From Firmicutes bacterium CAG:582 (GTDB lineage: Bacteria; Bacillota_I; Bacilli_A; RF39; UBA660): 64,000 nt of DNA. The position numbers and the translations under genes were made by a program. Location: NCBI GenBank assembly GCA_000435515.1, contig FR884182.1, forward strand, positions 8,123 to 72,122. Direction: 5' to 3'. Shown here in pieces: positions 25,783 through 34,071 of the stretch. Position 1 is the stretch's first letter. The number at the start of each line of letters is the position of its first letter. Under the pieces are notes generated by a model. That model did no database searches and was not told the origin of the DNA. It saw only the letters and a program-made list of their open reading frames with translations.

Positions 25783-27192
25783 CTAGGAGAGAACAAGGCG
25801 GAACCCGAGGCCAGCACCGGCACCTCCTGTGCCCCTATTGAAGTAGAACTGACCTGCAAGAACTCCATTGCCGTAATGGCCGCCTCGATGGAACCAAGGA
25901 TACGAGGAGTCAACAAAGTCCGAAGAGTCGCCGTACCAACTATTATGGTATCTAGAGTTGTTGTCTCCGTCCAAATATGTTTTAAATGGTCCCATTTCTC
26001 CAGTTGCATCTCCAAGTATTCTATATTGATAAGATGTAAATGTTGATGATGCAGAGTATACATCATAATATTTAGAATCATAGTTAGCAAGCGTTGTAGC
26101 ACTAAAACCACTTAATCCTAATTGACCACTCATATATGAAGCTACATATTCGTGTGCTCCACCTGACATATCATATATCCCACTTATATTTCCAGTAGTT
26201 GTTGCAAGATAACCAATACTTGTATTATAGGCGTTATTATATGTGTTTCCATCACCATATGTTCCTGGATATGTTTGTTGATTTGTACTTGGAAGTGATG
26301 AATATCCAGTTTTATATGAACTGTTATTATTAATATTAACTTCCGCATTGATTCCATATTTGGAATGGCTTAAATATGCTACTGCTCCCCATTCTGTATT
26401 TTTCATCATATGGGAGTTCATTGCTCTTTTATAATTATATGATACTGTAAACATATTCATGACTGTTGAATTTCTCCATGAATATGAGTTTGGTTTTACA
26501 ATTATTTTGCTTGAATCACTTGAGTTCACTTGAGCTGCAGTTGTACTTGTTGCTCCTTTATATCCCGTTTCAAACTTACCAGCCCAGAAGCCATTTACTC
26601 CCATGCTTATAAATGCTGGATGAGTCATGTATTCTCCGTTTTTACAATTTCCACTTGACCCACTTGTCATTGGAGTTTTACATGATACTCCTGAAATATC
26701 TGTTGTATTAGTTGTATCAAACACGATATCTATTTCATGAATATTTTTTGAAGCTGTTCCAGTATTCCATAACTTATATTTATATTTTGGAATCCATACG
26801 AAGTAACTTTGAATATCGCTTTCTTTTATTGTATCTCCTACTTTATAACTTGCACCACTATTAAGGATAACTGCATTTGCCCAAACTTTATCACAGTAGT
26901 TATACCATACTTTACTTGTATCAGCATATGTTACAGTTCCATCATCTGACAATTTTACTGGTATTAAACCATCTTTTAAAACTGGCTCTGCAACTCCTTT
27001 TGAGCAAGAAGTTAAATTAGATGCTTTACTATAAAGCTCATCTAATGCATCTTGTACATTTTTGGATTTTAATAAAGATGAAGAATTATCATAATATACA
27101 TCTTTTCCAATAATTAAATCTGCGGCATATGCTACACTTACAAATAGTATTAATGCACACATACCAATTATTAATATTTTTTTATTTTTCAT
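25783..27192 (-). CDS. DGR target protein: secreted protein with C-terminal FGE-sulfatase/C-type-lectin-fold variable domain
   Basis: Signal peptide MKNKKILIIGMCALILFVSVAYA. KNTEWGAVAYL and WYGDSSDFVDSSYPWFHRGGHYGNGVLAGQFYFNRGTGGAGAGLGFRLVLS are typical CLec-fold VR scaffolds. VR ends 3 nt before the stop. Confidence 0.85.
   Translation of the reverse strand: MKNKKILIIGMCALILFVSVAYAADLIIGKDVYYDNSSSLLKSKNVQDALDELYSKASNLTSCSKGVAEPVLKDGLIPVKLSDDGTVTYADTSKVWYNYCDKVWANAVILNSGASYKVGDTIKESDIQSYFVWIPKYKYKLWNTGTASKNIHEIDIVFDTTNTTDISGVSCKTPMTSGSSGNCKNGEYMTHPAFISMGVNGFWAGKFETGYKGATSTTAAQVNSSDSSKIIVKPNSYSWRNSTVMNMFTVSYNYKRAMNSHMMKNTEWGAVAYLSHSKYGINAEVNINNNSSYKTGYSSLPSTNQQTYPGTYGDGNTYNNAYNTSIGYLATTTGNISGIYDMSGGAHEYVASYMSGQLGLSGFSATTLANYDSKYYDVYSASSTFTSYQYRILGDATGEMGPFKTYLDGDNNSRYHNSWYGDSSDFVDSSYPWFHRGGHYGNGVLAGQFYFNRGTGGAGAGLGFRLVLS
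25786..25935 (-). repeat. DGR variable repeat (VR), 150 bp, encoding the last 50 codons of the target gene
   Basis: See TR. The 14 substitutions cause 10 amino-acid changes, mostly at TR AAY (Asn) codons. Confidence 0.9.
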
Positions 27193-27204
27193 AACACCAC
27201 TCCT

Positions 27205-28005
27205 CTAAACTAACATCGAATTAATTTCATCTATTGCACATTGAACTGTTTCACAAGTTGATTTTGATTTTGTACTATCATATTTAGTATATCTAGCATG
27301 TAAAATAGACCAATCTGCATAGAAAATTTCATCTTCATTATCTTCTATCTTTGTTTTTTCATTAATGTTTTCTTTATTCTTATTAAACCAACCAAGAAAA
27401 ATTGAATTTCCTCTAACTGTAGTTGGTAAACCTTCATAAGTAGTATTTCCATCATATATTGTATAAGGTTTATCAATACTAGCCCCAATCGAAGAATAGA
27501 AAACAGCTTTGTTTTTCTTAACCATTGTATCGCGTGATACATTTTCGTATGTTAATCTACATAAAATTGTCTTTTCAGTTGTATCACTTTTGCTTATTGT
27601 CATCTCTCCAGAATTGATTTGTTGAGCACTAATTAGAGAATCAAAATTATTAGTGATATTTAATGTCGTATTATCACTTGCTGAACAACTTAACTTAGCG
27701 GATTCATCATACTCTGTTGCATTATTTCTAATATAATAATTGATTTTTAATGTTGAACCACTCATAGTAAATGTGAAACTTGATAAATCATTTGATAAAT
27801 AATCAAAATGATTTTTAGAATCTATAAATACATTTCCAATGTAACAGTCTAAATCACTTAAGTTAACAGCTAATAAAGCCACTCCATTTGTAGATAACTT
27901 ACTGCTAACCTTTGCATAACCTATTGTCATAAGAACTAGACAACATATTAGTATGCTATGTTTAGATAAATGATAATTTTTTAATTTATTTGCAACTTTT
28001 TTCAC
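27205..28005 (-). CDS. Signal-anchored surface protein with Flg_new-type repeat, co-operonic with the DGR target
   Basis: GTG start with AGAGGT RBS. Hydrophobic HSILICCLVLMTIGYAKVSS. GNSIFLGWFNKNKENI...IFYADWS. Only 12 nt from the target gene. Confidence 0.55.
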   Translation of the reverse strand: MKKVANKLKNYHLSKHSILICCLVLMTIGYAKVSSKLSTNGVALLAVNLSDLDCYIGNVFIDSKNHFDYLSNDLSSFTFTMSGSTLKINYYIRNNATEYDESAKLSCSASDNTTLNITNNFDSLISAQQINSGEMTISKSDTTEKTILCRLTYENVSRDTMVKKNKAVFYSSIGASIDKPYTIYDGNTTYEGLPTTVRGNSIFLGWFNKNKENINEKTKIEDNEDEIFYADWSILHARYTKYDSTKSKSTCETVQCAIDEINSMLV

Positions 28006-28049
28006 ATCTTTTACCTCTAATTATCTATACTTTCTTTATTCTTAATTTA

Positions 28050-28078
28050 ACTATAGCACAAATATTTCTTGCAGTAAA
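28050..28078 (-). promoter_or_regulatory. Promoter of the DGR target operon
   Basis: Minus strand reads TTTACT (28073-28078), 17 nt, TGC-TATAGT (extended -10, 28050-28058). Confidence 0.45.
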
Positions 28079-28133
28079 TAGTTCATGTGAATATTTTTGT
28101 TTAAATAATATCATACTTGTAATGAGGTGTGTT

Positions 28134-28415
28134 ATGAGATTAAACTTTAAAAGTTTGCCTGAACTTTTAGCATTTAATATCAAATATTACCGTTATTTGA
28201 ACGGTTATTCTCAAGAAAAACTGGCTGAATTATGTAAGTTAAGCCCAAGATATTTAACAGATATTGAAAGAGGAATACATTGTCCTCCAATTTCTAGGCT
28301 TGAGGTTTTAGCCAAAGCACTTAACATAGAGCCGTATGAATTATTGCTAAATGAAGATCGAGATAAGAAAATAATTCAAAAAATGAAATCATTCAGGCAA
28401 TATAATCAAAAATAA
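28134..28415 (+). CDS. XRE-family helix-turn-helix transcriptional regulator
   Basis: ATG at 28134 after a GAGGTG RBS. YRYLNGYSQEKLAELCKLSPRYLTDIERG..PPISRLEVLAKALNIEPYELL. 93 aa. Confidence 0.8.
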   Translation: MRLNFKSLPELLAFNIKYYRYLNGYSQEKLAELCKLSPRYLTDIERGIHCPPISRLEVLAKALNIEPYELLLNEDRDKKIIQKMKSFRQYNQK

Positions 28416-28444
28416 AAACGAATCGTATGATTCGCTTTTATTTT
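28411..28444. terminator. Bidirectional terminator between the XRE gene and the coiled-coil gene
   Basis: CGAATC-GTAT-GATTCG flanked by an A-run and a T-run, usable on both strands. Confidence 0.5.
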
Positions 28445-28453
28445 GAAATGTTT

Positions 28454-28894
28454 TTAGTTTTTATATAGTTCATCATATTCTTCTTGTGCTTCAATAGCTT
28501 CTAGAAATGATAATTTAGCTTCACTTATTGCAAGCACAGCAAGTGATATACAACTTGATGAATATTCTAATCTGTCATCGATATATTTTTCTAATTTTTC
28601 TTTATCCTTTAATTCTTTTTTCTCTTCTAATTTAGATTTAAGATTATTTATATCATCTTGAATTTTAGTTATATGACTAGAAAACTTTTCGTGAGTTTCT
28701 TGTTGTTTTCTTTTAATGTTTTCTTTTGCAGCATCAATATTCTTTTTAGTTTCATCTATTTTTTTGTCAACCTCATCTTTGGCATACATGCATTCTAAAA
28801 CTGTAGTTTCAGTTGCATCCTTTAGATGTTTATTAACCTCATCAAATTCCTTATTAATCTTTTTTAATTTTTCTTTCATTTCTTTTTCTTTCAT
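28454..28894 (-). CDS. Lys/Glu-rich coiled-coil protein, unknown function
   Basis: 146 aa. ATAGGAGAG RBS. Heptad-like charged sequence. A TATAAT -10 lies about 30 nt upstream. Confidence 0.5.
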   Translation of the reverse strand: MKEKEMKEKLKKINKEFDEVNKHLKDATETTVLECMYAKDEVDKKIDETKKNIDAAKENIKRKQQETHEKFSSHITKIQDDINNLKSKLEEKKELKDKEKLEKYIDDRLEYSSSCISLAVLAISEAKLSFLEAIEAQEEYDELYKN

Positions 28895-28928
28895 AAAAAA
28901 TCTCTCCTATCCTATCTTATTATACCTA

Positions 28929-28962
28929 CTATTTATAGATTAATACTCTAATCTATAAATAG
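28929..28962. promoter_or_regulatory. Perfect 14-bp inverted repeat (candidate operator)
   Basis: CTATTTATAGATTA-6 nt-TAATCTATAAATAG, abutting the TATAAT -10 of the coiled-coil gene on the minus strand. Confidence 0.4.
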
Positions 28963-28995
28963 ATTGTAATATTTTTAAGTATTTTTGATAAGAGC

Positions 28996-29029
28996 AAAAA
29001 AAATAATTTGTATGTTATCTATACAAATT
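28996..29029 (-). terminator. Rho-independent terminator after the gene remnant
   Basis: Minus strand reads AATTTGTAT-AGATAAC-ATACAAATT followed by ATTTTTTTTG. Confidence 0.55.
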
Positions 29030-29044
29030 TATCTTTTTGTTATT

Positions 29045-29410
29045 TTATTTATTATTGTCTTTCAAATTATTTCTTAAAATAACCTTGAAACAATCTCTTT
29101 CATCATAAAATTCTGGAGCGGAAAGTCCATATTTTTCCATTTCTCTTTTCATAGTTGGTATTCCCGAGTATCTATTTTCAATGTAATCCAATTCTTCAAG
29201 AATTCGTATTATAGTAAAATTTTGAACTTCTAAAAAGGACGCCGTTTTCAATTTTTCTAATTTGTTTGAACCATATAATGCTCCTGGGCTTACTATTTCT
29301 ATTCTATCACTATATATATACACAGAAATGTATGAACTCTCAGTTTTAAAATAATTGTATTTTCGCAAAATATCTATCGCGTTTGAATATATCCTCTTCC
29401 ATAAAGTCAT
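29045..29410 (-). pseudogene. C-terminal remnant of an AlbA_2/HATPase_c_4-type (RecG-like putative regulator) gene
   Basis: DRIEIVSPGALYG...IENRYSGIPTMKREMEKYGLSAPEFYDERDCFKVILRN matches only the last ~120 aa of the ~450-aa proteins of this family. No N-terminal part is present upstream. Confidence 0.5.
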
Positions 29411-29462
29411 TTCCTATAGATATATAACACTTTAAAAAGTTGCTTTTCTTCTTTTTTCATTT

Positions 29463-29490
29463 AAAAACTACAGTTTTAAACTGTAGTTTT
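29463..29490 (-). terminator. Terminator after the ABC transporter operon
   Basis: Near-perfect palindrome AAAACTACAGTTT/AAACTGTAGTTTT with flanking T-runs. Confidence 0.6.
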
Positions 29491-29496
29491 GTGTGT

Positions 29497-31518
29497 TTAT
29501 TTTTTTATAATATTTTTACTGCATAAATATGTTATTAGGAAATATCCTCCGTATATAAACACAATAATCATACTGGTAAATATAACGGATTTTAATAAGC
29601 CATTGTTTCCAAACGTTTCAAGGATTTTTAAAGCAAAACGCATACCAAATATCGAATGTATTATAGCAAGCAATAATGGTGTCATAAAGAAGATAAATAT
29701 TTCCCTGAATAACGATTTTCGTATTAATTTATCATCAGCGCCAATGCGTCTTAAAATGATATATCTACTACGATTGTCACTAGCTTCACTTAAATTCTTT
29801 AATGCAAGTATAGCCGCACTGGATATCAAGAAAACAACACCTAAGTATATTCCTAGAAAAGTTACAATTACTCCTAATCCAACTGATGAATCTTCTAAAT
29901 CAGTTTTAAATGAGTATCCAACGTTTCCAATATAGGAATTTGCTTTTTTAAAAATGTCATCAACCTCATATTTTTTATCGCGTTTTTTCTCTTTATAAAT
30001 TCCAGTAAAATAATTATATTTTGGTTTTATTCCTTTCAATACAGAATCTGGAACAACAATTATACCTGTATTAAGCTTATTATTTGAAATCTCAACAAAG
30101 CCATCGATACATTTTTTATATTTTGGTTTTAATTCATGATTATAAATTTTCACTTTAGTGTCCTTTTTTAAAGCCTCATTTCTCATACTCATCATTATTT
30201 CAAAATTAGCAACAATTATATATTCATCTTCATTTAGTCTTAATTCACTTTTCTTATACAATCCAGCTATTTTATTATAGTCACTTAGGGGCATAATAAC
30301 CTCAAGAGGATCATCTTCAAAACCATATTTTTTTGTAAAATACTCATACATATTACCTACTGAATTAGAAAAATAGAAGTTCTCATCATAGTATAAATTA
30401 ATTGACGTGTATTCACTTAAGTAATTGTTATAATTGAATTTATTTTTGTCATATCTTTCTTGAACAGTTAAGTTATTATATTCTGAGTCATCAAAATCAT
30501 CATCGTCATGACTATAAAATACTAGAGTTTGAACATCAGCTGGCGTTAATTCTTCTAAATTTTTTGTAAGAGATTCTCTTAAAGAAAAGGAACAAGATAA
30601 TGCACATATTGTAATAAATAACATTAAACAGATTATGCTCATTGAAACAACAGTAGTGTTTATCTTACTGCTTAATTGCCTTAGCATGAACGAATTTAAT
30701 CCATTATAGTATATTCCTTTAATCTTACTTACTATTTTCAATACAAGTCCAGATAAACTCCACATTATTAAAAATGTAGAAATGACTCCATATATAATTG
30801 GTTTTATAATATCCTTTATATTTTTTAAATTGGATAAACCATCAGTTACCATATAGTACGCATATCCAAGTAAAGCACAAGCAAACACAAATACTAGTAA
30901 GCATACTAGTGGGTTTTTAATCTTAATTTTTTCGTTCTTTTTGCTTGAATAAAGCAAATCTATTAATTTGCATCTTGTAACCACTGACGTATTAAATATC
31001 ATAACTATTAAATACATTATTCCAAAATACACAAAAGTTTTTAACATAGCTGAAGTTGAAAATACAAAATGATATTTTTCCATATCCGCATCAAAAAGGG
31101 ATGCAATAATAATACTCATACCTTGAGATAAGAAAACTCCAAGAAGAATACCTGCTGCTAAGGAAATTATACCAATCATTAAGGTTTCTAAAAACAATAT
31201 GAACGATATTTTTCTTTTACTCATACCTAATGTCAAATAAATACCAAATTCTTTATTTCTTCGTTTTATTAAAAATCTGCTTGCATAAATTATTAGAGCC
31301 CCTAGGATAAATGATACAAAAACGCTTGTTGCAGATAAGACGGATTCTAGTAAACCAATTATTTCTTCGGTTCTCGAACTTATTTTTAACATTACGACTT
31401 GAGAATCAATTGAATTAAAAATATAAAATATTGATACTCCTAGTACTAGAGTAAAAAAGTATATCGCATAATCTTTAAAACTCTTTTTTATATTTTTAAA
31501 CGATAATTTAGCGATCAC
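29497..31518 (-). CDS. BceB-type ABC transporter permease (FtsX-like, large extracellular domain)
   Basis: 673 aa, about 10 TM helices with a ~200-aa hydrophilic domain between late helices. Follows an ATPase and a BceRS-like two-component system. Confidence 0.8.
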   Translation of the reverse strand: MIAKLSFKNIKKSFKDYAIYFFTLVLGVSIFYIFNSIDSQVVMLKISSRTEEIIGLLESVLSATSVFVSFILGALIIYASRFLIKRRNKEFGIYLTLGMSKRKISFILFLETLMIGIISLAAGILLGVFLSQGMSIIIASLFDADMEKYHFVFSTSAMLKTFVYFGIMYLIVMIFNTSVVTRCKLIDLLYSSKKNEKIKIKNPLVCLLVFVFACALLGYAYYMVTDGLSNLKNIKDIIKPIIYGVISTFLIMWSLSGLVLKIVSKIKGIYYNGLNSFMLRQLSSKINTTVVSMSIICLMLFITICALSCSFSLRESLTKNLEELTPADVQTLVFYSHDDDDFDDSEYNNLTVQERYDKNKFNYNNYLSEYTSINLYYDENFYFSNSVGNMYEYFTKKYGFEDDPLEVIMPLSDYNKIAGLYKKSELRLNEDEYIIVANFEIMMSMRNEALKKDTKVKIYNHELKPKYKKCIDGFVEISNNKLNTGIIVVPDSVLKGIKPKYNYFTGIYKEKKRDKKYEVDDIFKKANSYIGNVGYSFKTDLEDSSVGLGVIVTFLGIYLGVVFLISSAAILALKNLSEASDNRSRYIILRRIGADDKLIRKSLFREIFIFFMTPLLLAIIHSIFGMRFALKILETFGNNGLLKSVIFTSMIIVFIYGGYFLITYLCSKNIIKK

Positions 31519-32281
31519 TTAAATCCCCTCCAAGTATAGTTACAACATCGATAATCTTGTCGAAGAATTCTTTTCTATCCAAGTTCCCTTTTTCTATTTC
31601 ATTAAATATACGACCATCCTTAATAAATATTACTCGGCTTGAATAAGATGCAGTATAAGCGTCATGCGTAACCATTAAAATAGTCGAATTTTTTTCTTTG
31701 TTTAAATATTCTAGGCGTTCAAGAAGCATTTTCGCTGATTTTGAATCAAGTGCTCCAGTTGGTTCATCAGCAAGAATCAATGATGGATTTGTAATTATTG
31801 CACGAGCAGATGCTACTCTTTGCTTTTCTCCACCACTCATTTGATAAGGAAATTTATCAAGTACATGTGTAATATTTAAATATTTACTAACTTCCTTTAT
31901 TAATTCATCTAAATTTTTTACACTTTTGTTTTGAATAGACAAAGCAAGAGCTATATTATCATACGCAGTTAAAGTATCAAGTAAATTGAAATCTTGAAAA
32001 ATAAAACCTAATTCTTCTCTTCTAAATTCACTTAATTTATTTCCTTTCAAAGTTGTGACATCCAAGTCATTTAAATAGATATGACCGCTGGTAACTTTAT
32101 CAATTGTTGAAATACAATTTAGAAGAGTTGTTTTACCACTTCCACTTGCTCCCATAATTGCGATAAATTCACCACGTTCAACGTCAAAACTTATGTTATC
32201 AATAGCTTTAGTTAAACTCGATTTACTACCATAATATTTTTCAATTGAATCAATTTTTAATATTTTTTCCATATATTTCAC
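31508..32281 (-). CDS. BceA-type ABC transporter ATP-binding protein
   Basis: GASGSGKTTLLN (Walker A), LSGGEKQRVASARA-type signature (MSGGEKQRV), ILADEPTGALD (Walker B). Confidence 0.85.
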   Translation of the reverse strand: MKYMEKILKIDSIEKYYGSKSSLTKAIDNISFDVERGEFIAIMGASGSGKTTLLNCISTIDKVTSGHIYLNDLDVTTLKGNKLSEFRREELGFIFQDFNLLDTLTAYDNIALALSIQNKSVKNLDELIKEVSKYLNITHVLDKFPYQMSGGEKQRVASARAIITNPSLILADEPTGALDSKSAKMLLERLEYLNKEKNSTILMVTHDAYTASYSSRVIFIKDGRIFNEIEKGNLDRKEFFDKIIDVVTILGGDLSDR

Positions 32282-32359
32282 CTTCCATGCTTTGATTATA
32301 TGCTAACTTTATTAATTAATCGCGATTCTAATATTTCAATATCTTACAATTTTGTAAGG

Positions 32360-33370
32360 TTAAATCTTATAAAGGTCATTTTTACCAAAAGTAATTGTTA
32401 TTTCAAAATATTTATTTTCTTCACTTGTTGCACTTATTTTATGTCCAAGTTTTTCAATGAGTTTTTTACTTATGTAAAGACCAAATCCAGTTGAATTGCG
32501 CATCTTTCTTCCGTTTTCTCCAGTAAATGATTTATCAAAAACGTGTTTTAAATCACTGGCATTTACACCTATTCCATTGTCTTTAATATGTAAAGTCGTC
32601 TCTTTTTCATTATCTTCAATATAAAACATAATATATGAATTCCTACTATTATCAGAATACTTAATAGAATTATTAATTATTTGATTAAGAATGAATACAA
32701 GCCATTTTGAATCGGTTAAAACTTTAACATTTTTAACATCAACAGTAACATCAATATGATTTTCAAGTATAGAATCTTTATTTTTTAAAAGCACTTCATT
32801 AATAATTTTATCCATACTTGCTTCTTTAATTAAAAAATCTTTTTCAGCGTAGTTACTTCTAACATAATAAAGGATTTGATCAGTTAAATTATCTAAACTA
32901 TTTAATTGATCTAAAAAATTCTTATTAATAGTTTTATTGTTATGGTACATAAGCATAAGCCCTGCTATAGGTATTTTTATCTCATGAATCCACATCTCCA
33001 CATATTCTTTAAAGTCTTCTGTTTCATTTCGGTAATTGTTGATATTCTCCATCATTGACTTATCAATTTTATATAAAGCATCATAAAACACTTTTCCATC
33101 TAAAAATTCAGGTTCTTCTAAAGTCTCTAAAATCAAATATTTTTTATCCAATAAATTCAAGTTATTTAGAAAGTTATCATAATATTTTTTCCTTTTCAAA
33201 TAAAAAGTAAAAAAGTCGACAATAAAATAAATACTCAATAAACTCAAAACCATAATAGTTAAATATTTATTTACACCAAATAAATCAAGTAGAAATAATA
33301 AAATGATAACTAATATTATAAATAGTATTATATTTTCTTTTTTTTCTTTTATATATGTTCCTATATTCAT
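32360..33370 (-). CDS. Intramembrane-sensing histidine kinase (BceS-like)
   Basis: Two N-terminal TM helices with almost no extracellular loop. H-box WIHEIKIPIAG. N/G boxes (NNSIKYS, DNGIGV, GFGLYI). Confidence 0.8.
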   Translation of the reverse strand: MNIGTYIKEKKENIILFIILVIILLFLLDLFGVNKYLTIMVLSLLSIYFIVDFFTFYLKRKKYYDNFLNNLNLLDKKYLILETLEEPEFLDGKVFYDALYKIDKSMMENINNYRNETEDFKEYVEMWIHEIKIPIAGLMLMYHNNKTINKNFLDQLNSLDNLTDQILYYVRSNYAEKDFLIKEASMDKIINEVLLKNKDSILENHIDVTVDVKNVKVLTDSKWLVFILNQIINNSIKYSDNSRNSYIMFYIEDNEKETTLHIKDNGIGVNASDLKHVFDKSFTGENGRKMRNSTGFGLYISKKLIEKLGHKISATSEENKYFEITITFGKNDLYKI

Positions 33371-34029
33371 AACAAGATATACCCTAGCCCCTTCTTAGTT
33401 TCAATTGCATCATTTAATGAAGCATCACTTAGTTTACTTCTTAAACGGCTTATATTAACTGTTAAAGCATTATCATTAACATATTCGTCATTATTCCAAA
33501 GAGTCGTCATAATTTCATCTCTAGATACAATCTTACCCAAATTGTCAAACAAACACATAAATATTATCATTTCGTTTTTAGTAAGTTCAATTACTTTATC
33601 ACCACTTTCCAACTCACAACGCGATTTATTAATAAAAAATCCTCGATACATCTTATTTTGTTCTGTATTATCACATCTTTTTAATACAGATTGAATTCTT
33701 AATATTAAAATATTAGGATTATAAGGCTTCGTTATATAATCATCTGCTCCATAAGTGATTGATAAAGCCTCATCAAGCTCATTATTGTTGCTAGTAACCA
33801 TAATAACAGGAATATTGCTCTTTTCTCTTATTTTTTTTAATACTTCTTTACCATTTAAGCATGGAATATTGATATCAAGCAAAACTAAATCAGCGTTACT
33901 TGCAAGTAAAGACTCATCAACATTTGAAAAATCTTCAACACAATAAGCATCATAGTTGGCATTTTTAAGAAGACGAACTAGTTCTTTTCTAATTGTTTCA
34001 TCATCTTCTACTATAGCAATTTTCTTCAT
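33367..34029 (-). CDS. OmpR-family response regulator (BceR-like)
   Basis: REC domain (IAIVEDDE, LVLLDINIP, KP) plus winged-helix C-terminus (LTKNEMIIFMCL, VNISRLRSKL, GLGY). Confidence 0.85.
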   Translation of the reverse strand: MKKIAIVEDDETIRKELVRLLKNANYDAYCVEDFSNVDESLLASNADLVLLDINIPCLNGKEVLKKIREKSNIPVIMVTSNNNELDEALSITYGADDYITKPYNPNILILRIQSVLKRCDNTEQNKMYRGFFINKSRCELESGDKVIELTKNEMIIFMCLFDNLGKIVSRDEIMTTLWNNDEYVNDNALTVNISRLRSKLSDASLNDAIETKKGLGYILL

Positions 34030-34071
34030 AGTTTCCTCCGTTACTTTATTATATCAAATTTTTTAGCTTTT

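Noticed and set aside
25671-26111. 146-aa minus-strand ORF overlapping the 3' end of the DGR target
   Set aside because: It is an out-of-frame overlap with a well-supported gene. It stays open only because the VR region is GC-rich and so has few stop codons.
13890-29460. Prophage or integrative element with integrase at tRNA-His
   Set aside because: There are no integrase, recombinase, terminase, capsid or conjugation genes. I found no att-like repeat of the tRNA 3' end by eye. I describe the region only as an accessory island.
29497-34029. BceRS-BceAB module as something novel
   Set aside because: It has the standard architecture of Firmicutes peptide-antibiotic sensing and detoxification modules. 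I annotated it as features only.
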